Assembly (NCBI GenBank): GCA_026023565.1
Contig: JAPETS010000045.1
Span: forward strand, 1 to 64,000
Direction of reading: 5' to 3'
Length of the DNA stretch: 64,000 nucleotides
Origin: Cirrosporium novae-zelandiae
Taxonomy: Eukaryota
A program made the translations under genes and the position numbers. The notes under the pieces were generated by a model that was not told the DNA's origin, did no database searches, and saw only the letters and a list, made by a program, of their open reading frames with translations. Shown here piece by piece: positions 1-14,289 of this stretch (position 1 is the first letter of the stretch; every line of letters starts with the position of its first letter).

Positions 1-104
1 AGATTTTTATATAATTATTAATATTCGAGCGTTTTTTATTATAAATTACGTACGTTTAAAATACGTTTTTTTTTTCGGTAGATACCCGTGGTTTTTAAAA
101 TTAA

Positions 105-183
<79 letters not shown>

Positions 184-279
184 TCCTGTTTTTTATTTTT
201 ATTTTTTTTATTTTTATTTTTTCGACGTTTTTATTAATTATATTTTAGATTTTTTTTCATTTTTTTTTATTTTTTTTTC

Positions 280-321
<42 letters not shown>

Positions 322-1175
322 CACCATTATTACTATATTTTTTTCGCGCCCTTCTACCACCGTCTTTAACCCTGCCGCTATTGTTCGTGGCGCCCTCCCC
401 CTCAGGTTTATATACCTGAAATATCTCTAGCGTTTTGCGGCAGACCTTTTTTTCGTATACTCCCAGATACCTGGCCGTTTCTGTAACGTCTGCTATAAAC
501 AATATAAAAAATATTTCGAAATATTAATTTTTTTTTTATTTTTTTTTTTTTTTTATTTATTATTTTTTTAGATTTTTTTTATTCTGGTACTTCGTCTAAA
601 CCGCCTATTTGCGTAAACCGATATTATCGTTTCCGCCCGTCCTAATAATACTGGTGCCGTTTTTCGTAAAAAATTTTTGGTTTCGGTCTATCGTTTCTAC
701 CGTCGGATTATAATAATCCGTCGGTTGGAATATATTGCGCCATCTAATTCCCGCGCCCGTATTAATCAATTATTGTCTGAGATCAATCAGTCTATTCGAT
801 AATTAAATTAAATATTTACGGTTATTGTACGTATTCCTTTTTATTTTCGTATATATTTTCCCGATTAACTTTAATTAATATAACGTAAATATCGATAATA
901 AAAAAAAAAAAAATAATAACAACGACGTAAATTACTTTTTTTATAATTTTTTCCCCGATAATATTTCTACGGGTATTAATATTAATACTATTATTAATAC
1001 TAATATTATTTCGGTTTTTAAAAATAATAAAAATTTTAACGCTATTAAGAATACGATCGATATTTAGATTTTTATATAATTATTAATATTCGAGCGTTTT
1101 TTATTATAAATTACGTACGTTTAAAATACGTTTTTTTTTTCGGTAGATACCCGTGGTTTTTAAAATTAATAAAAT
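1..1175. repeat. Direct repeat: 1-~110 recurs at 1066-~1175 (spacing ~1065 bp), downstream of Gypsy pol
   Basis: The string agatttttatataattattaatattcgagcg...ggtagatacccgtggtttttaaaattaataaaa occurs at both positions. Confidence 0.85.
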
Positions 1176-2611
1176 TTTTTTTTTTTTTTTTTATTTTTAT
1201 TATTTTTTTAGTTTTTTTTTATTTCGTTTTATTTTTTTTCTATCGATATTTTTATTTTTATTTTTATTTTTTTTATTTTTTTTTTTTTTTTAAAATATTT
1301 TTATATTTTTTTAATAATTCGTTAGATTTTCGATATTTTTTTATTAATTTTCCGCGTATAATTAATTTTTTTATTTTATTAAATATTCGTTTTTTTTTTT
1401 TTTTTTTTATATTCTAATATTTTTTTTATTATATATTCCGGTGTTTTTATTAATAATACTAATTCCGGGGATTTATAATCCGGATTTTTTTTATAAAACT
1501 CTAATAATAATATATAAAATATCGGGTGTAATCTCTAATATTACTAAAATAATCGTAACCGGTACGTATTCTATCCGTATATAATTTTTACGGTGAACGG
1601 TTCTAAATATTTTACGTCCAGTTTTTTATTTATTTATTTCGTTTCTATATTTTTTGTTGTTAGTAATATTTGATTTTTTATTTTATATTATTTCGATTTG
1701 TAGTAGCGATCGTAATAAATTTTTTATTTTAAAACCGATTTTTTTTATATTTTTTATATTTTTTTCCGTATTTTTTTTACGTTTTTTATATATATTTTTT
1801 CCGTTAGGTTTTCGTTTTTTTTTATTTTTTTTACGTTTATTCTTAATTTTGGTTTAAACGTATATATTATTTCGAATAACGTTTTTTTCGTTTTCTAATA
1901 TTTCGTATTATTATACGTATATTCTGCGTTTATTAATAATATTATTTAATCGTTTTAATTATAATTATAATATATTTTTAAATATTTTTTTAATATTTAA
2001 TTCTATTTTTTAATTTAATTATCCGTTTATAAATAAAAAATAGTATTTAATTTTTTTTATATTATTAAATAATAATAAAATAATTTTTAATAAATATTAA
2101 TAAATAATAATTTTTTATTCGATATTATATTTTTAAATATCCTAAATTTTATTCCGATCGTTTTTTATATTAATTCTGTTAGATTCTTTATTTTTATTTT
2201 TTTCGTATATAATATATATATAATTAATTTAAAATATTTATTTATTATTATTAAAATTACGTTATATATATTATCGTTCTATTTATTTAATAATAAATCG
2301 ATAATAAAATTTATTATTATTATTTTTATTAGATTTTAAAAATATTATAATAATATTAGGATTCCGTAAAACCGATAATAACGCGTTTTCGATCGTTAAT
2401 ATATATCGTATCGTTTTACGTATTTTTTAATATTTTTATTTATTTTTAATTATTAATATTTTTTATTTATTATTTTTTTCGTTTTTTCGTTCCCGAAATA
2501 TTTTTTCGATCACGAAAAATTATAATTTATTTTTATTATTTTTTTTTTTAATACGGTATCGTTTAATACGTATATCGCTCTATTTTTCCGTAATAGATCC
2601 GTATCGTTTTC

Positions 2612-2661
<50 letters not shown>

Positions 2662-3219
2662 TATATTCTGTATTAAAAATCTAGTTTTTGTATTTTCCGT
2701 AATAAATTTATTAATATTTCTAGTGTTTTTTTTTTGATTTATTTTTTATTATTATTATTCTATATATTTTTCGTAATAATAAATAATTATATACGTATTA
2801 TACGTTTTCCGTAATATATTTTAAAGAATTATTTATTTTATTATTTTTTTCTATCGTTTTTAAGATTTTTTTTAACGTTAAAAGGGTTTTTCCAGCAGAT
2901 AGCCCGTATTTTATACGGTTTAACGCCGCTATCGTAATTATTAATTGACCGGGTATTTTAATTTTTTTTTTTTTATATTATCTGAGTTTGTTCTGCAGCG
3001 TAGATAATAATTTATTTCTCGTTTTTTTACTCCTATTTTTTATTATATAATCTGGTTTTTTTAATAATATATCTATTGGATTAGTTTTCCCCGTTCTATA
3101 TATTATTTCAAAATCATATTCCGCCAGTTTCTCTGCCCAGCGTGTTTGCCGCCTATTCAGCGCCGTTATTTTCATAAATAATTATAAATTCCTATAATCC
3201 GTTAATATTTGTACTGTGT

Positions 3220-3526
3220 TGTTAAGGTTAGGGCTCTGATAATATAGATAGCGATGCGGATAGGTAGTGTATTTATATCGTGATAATATTATGATAATAA
3301 TACTCTGAATAATACAAGACTGAAAGCTGGCTTTTCCCAGTTTTCTTTCTATCTTCTATATAAATCTTTCTGTTTGACGTCTTTCCTTTTTCGGTAACCG
3401 TAGCGCCACTTCCCCGCTTCCGTCCCGCTTTCGGTCCCTAAACGTAGCAACCCCTTCCAGTACTCTACTTCCCCTTTTTTATAACAGAACCCTTTTTTAG
3501 TATTCTATTTTTTTTCCTTTGTCACA
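3220..3526 (-). mobile_element. Solo LTR (same family as host) inserted in the Gypsy RNase H region
   Basis: Termini TGTTAA...GTCACA. Flanks tgtgt (3215-3219) and tatat (3527-3531) fit a 5-bp TSD after G>A RIP. RNase H coding relics lie on both sides. Confidence 0.85.
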
Positions 3527-5607
3527 TATATACTCATTCCCTTACAAATAATAATTTTATTCTTTAAATCCTTCCATAATCGCGAGTAATTCAAGGTCGT
3601 GTATTATATATTTTTGTTCTAGTTCTATTAGTTTTCTTAATCAGAACGCAATTAAATATTATATTCCGTTCCGTAATTGTTTCATACGTTCGTTACTTAA
3701 TTACGATAAAATTCCCGTAATCCCGTTCTATAATATATCCGTTTCTATTTTTATTATTTTCGTTGGATTAAAATAATATAATATAAATACTATCGTAAAT
3801 ATTTTTTTAAATATTTCAAACGCCGTCTGCGCGGTTTCGGGCTATATAAATTCTTTTATTTTTCTACCGTTTTTTATTTTTTTTAATAAATCTGTAATAA
3901 GATTTATTATTTTTAAATAATTTTTTATAAATTTTTTATAGAAATTAGCGAATTTAATAAAAATTTGGATATCGTAGTAACTTTTTAGTTTCGATTATTT
4001 TAGAATTGTTTTTATTTTTTCTCCCTCTATACGGATTTTTTACGTTCCGACCACGAAACCTAGAAACGTTATTTCTGGTTTATTAAATATATATTTTGGT
4101 AGTTTTATATATAATTTGTATTTGCGTAATTATTCCAGTATTATCCGTACGTATACCGTATATTCCGCGATATTAAATAAATAAATCAAAATATCGTTAA
4201 AATATATTATATAAATTATATCTAAAAAATCGGATAATATTTTATTAATATATATTTGGAACGTGGCTGAAACGTTTATTAATCCGAATAATATTATCGT
4301 ATATTCGAAATATTCGTATCGGATATAAAAAATAATTTTTTATTCGTTTTTTTTTTTTATTCGGATTCGATAATAGATATTTTTTAAATTAAATTTTATA
4401 AAAATTTTCGTCCGTTCTAATTTATTTAATATTTCCCTGATTAATAATAATAAATATCTATTTTTAATTATAATCCGATTAAATCTTTTATCATTTATAT
4501 ATAAATATAATATTCCGTCCGATTTTAATACGAATAAAATAGGTGTTTTATATAGATTTTTCGAATATTTAATCCGTTTTTTTTTTAAATTTTCGTTTAA
4601 ATATTTTTTTAATATTCGTAATTATTTCTCGTTTAATAAATAAATTAATAAATATAATAATATTTAATCGGATTTTAGATCGATAATATACGTTATTTTA
4701 ATTATATTCGATAAACGTATAATTTTTTTTTTTAAAAATACGTTTTTATAATTTTAATATTTTTTTAATATTATTATTTTATTCTTTTATTCCGTTTCCA
4801 ATACGATATTAATATAATATCGTTATTTTTTTATTTATATTTATAGAATTATTTATATTAAAAATATTAATTATTTTTATTTTATTATTTTTTTTATAAA
4901 TTTTTTAAATAATATAATTTTGATTTTTATATATTTTTCGTTAATATTCCGATATATTTATTTTTTTTTTTTTAATTTATTTCTGGATTTATTTTTTTTA
5001 ATTAATTTATTTTTAATATTATTGGTTTTTTTATATTTTTTATATTTATATTAATTATTTTTTGGACGTATTATCGGATTATACGCGTTAAATCTGTTAT
5101 ATATAATCGTAATATATATTCCCCGTAAATAATTATTTTTTTTCTATTTATTTTTATTAATTCCGTTAATAATTTTTCGTTTTCCTTTATTTTCTATTAT
5201 TTGACGAGCCGTTGTGATATATAATTTTTTTCCGTTTCTAAATTAATCAGTGTTTTCGTTTTTTTTTTTTTTAATAGTGTTTGTATTTTTATTTTAATTA
5301 TTATTCTTCGGTCCGTAAACGTTTCGGCGGTTGTAAAAACTCTGTTTTTCGAGATTATTTAACAGGCCCGTTAGATTTTTTTGGATCGTCTATTTTTTTT
5401 CCCGTATTTTTTTTTGGTGCCCAGTATTATTTTAATAAATATCCCGGTTTCCTATAATTCCAATAGATAAACGCATTTTTTCCGATTTTCGGCCCCGTAA
5501 AAGTTTTTTTTATAATTATTATCGTCGCTATTTATTTTTTTTATTATTTTTCGTTATTTTATTTCGTTATTATTTCGTTATTTTTTTTTTTTTATTCCGA
5601 CGATTAT

Positions 5608-5737
<130 letters not shown>

Positions 5738-5742
5738 CCGAC

Positions 5743-5778
<36 letters not shown>

Positions 5779-6447
5779 TTCGTTTTATATTTTTATTATT
5801 ATTTTTATTATATTTTTTTTTTTTTGGTATTAATCCGTTTATTATTATAGTTTTTTTTAATAATAATTATAAATAAAGGAATATTATAATTATTTTCCAG
5901 AAATTCGTATTCGTGAATAGGGGTAGCTGTGTCCGGAGATTCTATACGTACGCGTAAAATACGTACGATATCTGGCCCGGTATTTATTCGGTGCGTATAA
6001 ATATTTTTATTATTTTGAAATTTTTATTTTATAAATCGTCGATTTTTATTTCTAAAAATTCTTTAAATTTTTTTTAATTGAATTCGTTTTTTTTTCTATT
6101 ATTTATTTATACTATAAATCTCCGATAATATTTTATAAAAAATACGCAGCCGTAACGATTTTATTTTTTTTTATAAAATATATATAAAAATTTCTTTCGA
6201 AATAAATTTCGTTTTATCGAATAAATATTTCTAATTTTCTATAATTTTTTTTATAATAATTCTCGGGCGTCGGGAATTTAATTATAAATAATTTTTCCGG
6301 GTTTCGGTTTTTTATATAATTCGTATATAATCCGACAATAATACGTTTATATTTCGTTTATTTATTTTTTAATATTTCTAATTTTTCCGTTAATTTTTTT
6401 ATTTTTTTTTATTTTCTGATTTTTTTTTTTAATATTTTTTTTTTTTT

Positions 6448-6495
<48 letters not shown>

Positions 6496-6725
6496 CCGTT
6501 TATATATTTCGGTTTTTTATCGATTATTTTTTATTTTTATATCGTCCGTTTTTTTTTTTTTATTTTAGATATTTTTTTTCTATATTTTTTGTATCGTTCA
6601 GCTAAATATATATAAACGTATTCCGTTTTCTGAATCGTTATCGGAATCGAAAATTTCTAATTTTCGTATTATCGTTTATTCGTTATTTAGATTATTTTTT
6701 TTTTTATAAAAAAAAATTTTCAAAA

Positions 6726-7032
6726 TATTAAAATTAGAACTCTAATAATATAAATAACGATATAAATAAATAATATATCTATATCGTAATAATATTATAA
6801 TAATAGTATTCTGAATAATACAAAACTAAAAACTAGTTTTTCCCAATTTTTTTTTTATTTTCTATATAAATTTTTTTATTTGACGTTTTTTTTTTTTCGG
6901 TAACCGTAACGCTATTTCCCCGCTTCCGTCCCGTTTTCGGTCCCTAAACGTAGCAACCTTTTCTAATATTTTATTTCCTTTTTTTTATAATAAAACCCTT
7001 TTTTAGTATTCTATTTTTTTTCTTTTATCACA
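6726..7032 (-). repeat. 5' LTR of the Gypsy element (RIP-mutated)
   Basis: Colinear with 3220-3526 over ~307 bp, differing mainly by C>T/G>A changes; ends ...atcaca. Confidence 0.85.
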
Positions 7033-7269
7033 ATTTAATAATTCGAATTTTAATATATATTATATTATTTTTTTTAATAATTAAACGAATAATAAAATTA
7101 TTATTATATAATTACGGATTATTTTTTTTTTTATATTTTTTCGAATAAATTTAGAATTTGAATTTTATTATTTAATAAATATAATAATTATATTATTAAA
7201 ATAATATATAATATTTATATTTATTTATTTATATATTTTATTTATTATAATTTTTATATAAAAATATAT

Positions 7270-7490
7270 TATCACGGGACCCTAGGTCATACAATGCCTA
7301 AGGTTCTGATTTGGGTGATATCTGGATTCGTTGGTTGTCTAGGTTAGGGAGGAGGCTCACTTTATAAAGTGAGCCTAAGATCTATACCCTAATAATTTAT
7401 TCTAAAAAAAAACCGTAATAAATCTTTTTTTTTAAAAAAACCAGCGTTCTCGTTAAAAAGCTTTTTTTTTAAAATATTTTTATTATTATA
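7270..7490. mobile_element. Probable solo LTR relic of another family
   Basis: GC-richer island starting tatcacggg (RIP form of TGTCACGGG); contains a 24-bp palindrome. The right end and TSD are unresolved. Confidence 0.4.
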
Positions 7491-7769
7491 TAAAATCGTT
7501 TAAAAAATTATATATCGAAAAATATCTAATTTTTTTACCGCTAAAAAACTTTTATCAAAATATATAAAAAAAAAATTATATTTTAATTTTTATTCGATTT
7601 TGATTAAAAATTTTTATTATTTATTTTTCGCGGCGTCCTAATATTCTAAATAATTAATTTTTTTTTATACCGGGTTTTTTTTAGAACGATCTCGAAATCG
7701 TTTTAGCGCGTTTAGATCGGGAAATAAATAAATTCGGGAAGATTATTATTATAAAGATTTAAAAAACGT

Positions 7770-10700
7770 TTTTTAGTGATCCCGCGCCACTAAATCAATT
7801 CACTATTGTAACGACCGTTATACGAAATATTTAATATTTATTTAAGGTTTATAAAATTTAGTAATAGAGGAGAAATATCAGGAATTAAAAAAATACGTAT
7901 CGTCAGCGAGAATTAAACGGATACGAAAAAACGAATCGAATGAATCAGAATAAAATTTTATAATAAAATTTAGCGATTTAATATTATAATTATTATTTTA
8001 AAAAAAAAATAATTAAATAAAAAAATATCGCCGAAAAATTTTATAAAAAAAAAAAAACGTTAAAAAAAAATAAATTAATAATTAAAATATTTTAATCGAA
8101 TAAATAATTAAATATATAATAATACGTATATTTCCCGTAATTAAAAAAAAATATATTAAATTTTAAAAATTGATAATTTTATAATATAATTATAAAAAAT
8201 ATTTTTCGATTTAAAAATCTAAATAATCGTTCTAAAAAAACAAAATAATAAAATTTTAAAAATTTAAAAAAAAAAATTAAAAAAAATTATATATAATTAA
8301 ATAAAAATTTTTAATAATTAAAAAAATAATTATAATAATAATTTAAATATTATAAATTTAAATAAAAATTATAAAAATTATATATAATAGAACGAAAATT
8401 TTTATAAATAAAAATTATATAATCCTAATAATTAAATCCGAATAAATAATTAAAAAAAAAAATAATATTTTTTTTAATAATATTCCGAATAAATATAATA
8501 ATTAAATCGTAAATATTTAGCAGACGGATAATAATATAAATAAATAAAAAAACCCAGAAAAACCCCCAATAAACGGCAAAAACAGCCAGACAGAAAACCC
8601 TACCGTTGGCACCGAAAATCCCGAAATAGATTTTTATAAAAATAACGCTGGAATCTACAGGGTTTATTTATATTAAAATAATTAGTAAAATAATAAATAA
8701 ATCTAATAAAAAATAATAAATAATCAAATTCCGTAAAAAAAAACGTATTAATTCCGTAGATGGGAATATAAAAATTGAAAATTAGAAAATACTGATTTTT
8801 AATAAAAAGAAAATTAAATATTCGGGTTTTATAATATTAATAATAACGGCGATTAACATTAAATTAATTAATTTAAACGTACCGCCTGAATTATAGATAC
8901 GGGAAATCTATATTAATAAAAAGATTAATACGGATATATTAATATTTAAATATAAATAAAAAATTTTAAAAATTATAATAAAAATAAATAATATAATAAT
9001 AATGATAATAATGATTAATATTAGGGATACAAATGATTTTTATAGTACTCCCGTTTCTATATTAATTCGGGGTTATATTTTTCCGTCGATTATTAATTTA
9101 ATATTTCGTTAGATTATAAAATTAATTATTTATTTAATAATATTTTTATTTATTTTTAATTATTTTAAACGTTATATTAATTTAAATCGTAATATATAAT
9201 TAAATATTTTTTTAATATTTATAAATAAAATATAAATTATTTATTTTCGATTAAATTTTTTTTTATTTAATATATTAAATACGTAAATATATCGATTATA
9301 TTTTAATTACGTTTCAATCTAAATTAATTTTTATATAATTTATTTAAATTTTTATATATATTCGTTAACGCGTTAATTATGATTTTTTCGATTATTTTAT
9401 TTAAATAATATAATAAATTTATTATTTTATAATTTTTAATTAATATTTTATTAATTTTTCCGGATTTAAATAATAATATTTTTTAAATATATTTTTATTA
9501 CGTCGGGTAATATTTTAATCGCAAATAATATTAAATTATTTCCGTTATTTTATAAAAATTTTATTATTATAATATACGGAATATTCTAAATTAAATTCCG
9601 TTATATTTTAAGGTTTTATTCGTATTTTATACGTATAACGTTTTTCGTACCGTTTTTTCGGATAATTATTGGGCGAATACCCCCTCTATCGGAAACCGAG
9701 ATTCGGGGTTTTCTGGGGGTGGCGGGAAGGCTCGCTCCCGTATAAAGGCCTCTTTATTTTTAGTTTCCACCGCTACTCTCCCGTCTTCCATACGGAGCGC
9801 CGGTGTCGGGTCTCGGTTTTGGGGTTTGCAGTATTTCAATGCTTTCTATCCCCGCTGAAATATAATAATAAATATATATTTATTAAAAATTTTATATTAA
9901 ATAAAAATATAAAAAATATTTCTAGAAATATTTAAAAATTTAAAAAAATTAAATTTAATAAAAAATTATTTAAAAAATATTTATTTATTATTCTGAAATA
10001 CGGTAATTATATAAATAATACCGGAAAAATATCGTTAAAAATAAATACGAATTAAATTTATATTAAAAAAATATATTATTTTAATTAAAATAAAATTCCC
10101 GTTCGTAATATATAAAAAATAAAAAACTGAAAATTATTATTTAATAAAATATAGATTTCGATATATCCGATAATTTATATTAAAAATAAATAAAATATAT
10201 TTAAAATATATTTAATTAAAATATAAATTATTGTTGAAATATAAAAATAAAATTTTTAAATATATAATATACGCGGAAATATACGAAACGTAAAACTATC
10301 GGTATTAGATAATAAAATATAGATTTATATATATATCCCGTTAAAATATATAAACTGTTTAGACCTTTATATAACCACAAACGGAAAATATTTAATAATC
10401 CGAAAAATAAAAATAGAATATACGAAAAAAAAACGCCGAAAAAATATTTTATAATTATTTTACGTATTAATTTTTTTAAAAAAAAAAATATATCTATAAA
10501 ATTTTAATCAAAAATTAAAAATCCCCGTATTAAAAATCTAGAAAAAAAAAAAAAAAAAAACGTATATAATATCCGAAATATTAATAATATTAAAAATATT
10601 AAAAATATTTATATTATAAATAAATAATAATATATCCGAATTATAAATAAAAATATTATAATATAATTATTATAAAAAATACGATATAATAATTATAATT

Positions 10701-13700
10701 TTAAAATCGATGATATAAATTAAAACAAATATAATATTATTATAAAAATTTAATTAAAAATTAAAAAAAAAAATATTATATTTATTATAAAATTTTTATT
10801 AATCTAAATTAAAAATTTAAATAAAAAATAAAATTATAAAAATAATTATTATTATATATAAAAACCGAAAAAATATCGTATTTAAAATAATTATAAAAAT
10901 TAATTTAATTAATTATTTTTATTTCGTAATATTAAATATTAATAAAATAAATATAAATAAAAAAATAAAAAATTTAATTAAAATAATTAATATTTATAAT
11001 TAAAAATTAAAAAATATATATTTTTAAAAATAAAATTAATAATAAAAATTTAGAAAAATTTTATAAAATATAAAATAAAAATTTATTTTTAATAGAAATA
11101 AAATAATATTAATAGAAAATTTTAATATTTATAATTTAATATAAAAACCCGAACGGATTATTTATATAAACGACGCGTTTTTAATAACGTTTATAAAAAA
11201 ATAAAATTTAATTATATAAAATAATATTATCTAGAATATTTAATTCGGAAAAAAATTGATTCGTTATTTAATAATTGATTTAATAATAATTAATTCCGTT
11301 ATAAAATTATTTTAAAAATAATTAATAGGCGTAATAATCGATAATATAAATAATAAATTAAAAATTAATTTAAATTACGTTTTTATTTAATTCGAATAAA
11401 AAAATTAACGTCTAAAAATAAACCAGCTAACCCCGAATTTATAAAATCTAAAACCGCTAGAATATTTTTAATAATAAATTAAAATTAAATAAAAATAGGA
11501 ATTCTGATTAATTATAGAAAAATATATTAATTATAAATTATATAGAATTATAATTAAAAAATATTTTAAATAAATATATGAAATCTAAATAAATATATAT
11601 TTGATCGAAAATTTAATAAAATCCCGAATATATCGTTAAAAAATACGAGTATTATATAATATTTAAAAAAACGAAATAAAAACGCCGAATTTATAAAAAA
11701 ATTAAAATAATATTTAAAAAATTTATAAAATTAATTAAAATTAAAAAAAAAAAAAAAATAAATCGATTTTTTTTAAATATATATAAAAAAAACGATTTAA
11801 ATAAATTTTTAAATCCCGAAAATATTTAATAAAAATAAAAAATATTAAAATATTATTATTTAAATCCGGAAAAACCGATAAAATATTAATTAAAAATTAT
11901 AAAATAATAAATTTATTACGCCCAACGTTTAATTAAAATTAAATACGCGGAAAATATAATTAAATATATATATTATCAAAATAAATTATTTATAAAATTT
12001 ATATATTAAATAATCGTAATAATTATAATATTAATTTATATATATAAATATAAAATTTAATAAAAAAAATAAATCGATTATTAAATAAAATTTTAAAAAT
12101 TATTAAATAAATTTATTAAATTAATAATAAAAATTTATAAAATAATTTTAATAATAATAATTATATAAAAAATTTATATATATTTTATAAATATAATATT
12201 AAATATTATATAAAAAAAATATAAATTTCGATATTTTTAAAAAATCGAAAAAAATTTAATAAATCTAATATTATTAATAATATTTAAAATAAAAAATATA
12301 AATATTTAATTAAAAAAATAATTATTAAAAAAATTTTAATAAATTTAAAAAATTAAAAAAAATATATTAAATTAATATTTAATTATAATAATAATCTAAA
12401 AAATAATAAATCTAAATTTTAAAATTAAAAAAATCTAAATAATTAAAAAAAATAATAATATTTTTAAAATAATAAATTTTTAACGAAACGTTAATATAAA
12501 ATTAAAAAAATATATATTAATCGAATAGATTTAAATTAAAAAACCGTAAAATAAAAATAGGAATAATTTAAAAAATAATCGAAAAATTTTTATAAATAAT
12601 ACGGAAATATTATTTAAATTAAAATAAAAAAATATTTAATATAAAATTTTAAAAAATATAAATAATTTTAAAAATATTAATTAAAATATATTTAAATAAT
12701 TATAAAATTTTTAAAAAAAAAATAATAATATTATTTGATTCGTAAATAATTATTAAATAGATCGAAAAAAAAACTTAAAAAAAAATTAAATAATTATATA
12801 AAAAATATACGAATATATTAAATATTTAATAAATTAAAAAACGAAAATCGTTATTAAATAAATTTTAAAATATTATAAAATATTAAAAAACGAAATAATA
12901 AATTAAATAATTAAAATAAATATAATATTAAAAAATAATAAAATAATAAAATAAATTTCGTTAATTTATATAATCCGTAATATAATAAAAAAATAGATTA
13001 TAAAAATATATAATTAATTATATAATTAAAAAATAAAAAAATTATTTAATAGATTTTATCGAATATATTTAAAATATAAAAAAAATCAAATATTAGAATA
13101 TATATTTAAAAAATTAATAAATAGATTTTATTAAATAAAAACGGGATACGCCGTCACCGGAAAATATATATATCGTACAAAAATTATTATTATCCCAGAA
13201 TATTAATAATACGGGGTTTTATATTAAAATATATTTTATTTAATATTAATATATCCGTGTTAAAAAACGGTTAAAGCCCGTTTACGGAAAATAATAAAAA
13301 AACGGCGGAATCAATAATCTAATATAGCCGAAAAAAAAAACTGGTATTCGTATTAAAAAACCGAAAATTTTCTAAAAATTGGATACGTTTTTTAAACGAT
13401 ACGGAAATAAAAAAACCCTAATATTAGATTAGATACGAAACAGAAAATCGTAAAATATATCTAGATTAAAAATAGATAGAACCCGGATACGGGGAGAAAA
13501 ACGATCCAGAAACAAGTATTAAATAAAAACTGGGTCCGTAATAAAAACGCGGGATAAACGTATACGTAAATAAAAACTGAAAAAATCGAAAATAAATACG
13601 AATAAACCTATTTATAGATTACGAATACCGAAATAACGTTAAAAAACTATCCGGTTAAATAAATCAGGTAATTCTAGGAAATCTAAAAAAAAAGGGAAAT

Positions 13701-13851
13701 TATATAGCCGAACTAGGGGGGTAACCCCCACTATTTTAATTAAAAATAAGCCGGAAAAAAGATACAAAAAAGTCTAAAAACCCCCGAATAAAATCCGTTA
13801 TAGTTTCTAAGCGATATATAAATATAAAACAATAAATAATCATCATTATCA
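7770..13851 (+). mobile_element. RIP-degenerated near-full-length Tad1-like LINE (ORF1 with CCHC knuckles, ORF2 endonuclease/RT relic, long 3' region, (TCA)n tail)
   Basis: Zn-knuckle relic at ~10260-10290 (tatataatatacgcggaaatatacgaaacg, cf. CxICAGxHET). GDFNAH-like relic ~11115-11140 and LLxKPGK-like relic ~11850-11875. Ends ...aataatcatcattatca. The 5' part is duplicated at 17788-19884. The 5' boundary is approximate. Confidence 0.75.
9001..9858 (-). mobile_element. 5'-truncated LINE fragment nested in the LINE ORF1
   Basis: Absent from the homologous copy at ~19370. Flanked by an ~11-bp direct repeat aatataataat, with a (TGA/TAA)n tail at the left end. Minus translation 'KALKYCKPQNRDPTPALRMEDGRVAVETKNKEAFIRERAFPPPP' resembles the Tad-like ORF2 linker before RT. 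Confidence 0.75.
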
Positions 13852-14289
13852 ATAATATTTTCCGAATAATAAATTTTTAATAAAATATTAATATAAAATT
13901 AAAAAAAAATATATTAATTAAATAAATTTAAATCAAACGACCGTAAAATAAAAACGGGAATAATTTAAAAAATAATCGAAAAAACCCCGTAAATAATACG
14001 GAAATATTATTTCGATTAAAATAAAAAAATATTTAACATAAAATTTTAAAAATAATAATTAAAATAAATTTAAATATTTAATTAATTCCCGAAAAAATAA
14101 TAATATTATTATTCGATTCGTAAATAATAATTATATAAATAATATATAAATATATTAAATATTTAATTAATTAAAAAACGAAAATTATAATTAAATAAAT
14201 TTTAAAATATTATAAAATATTTAAAAACGAAATAATAAATTAAATAATTAAAATAAATATAATATTAAAAAATAATAAAATAATTAAAT

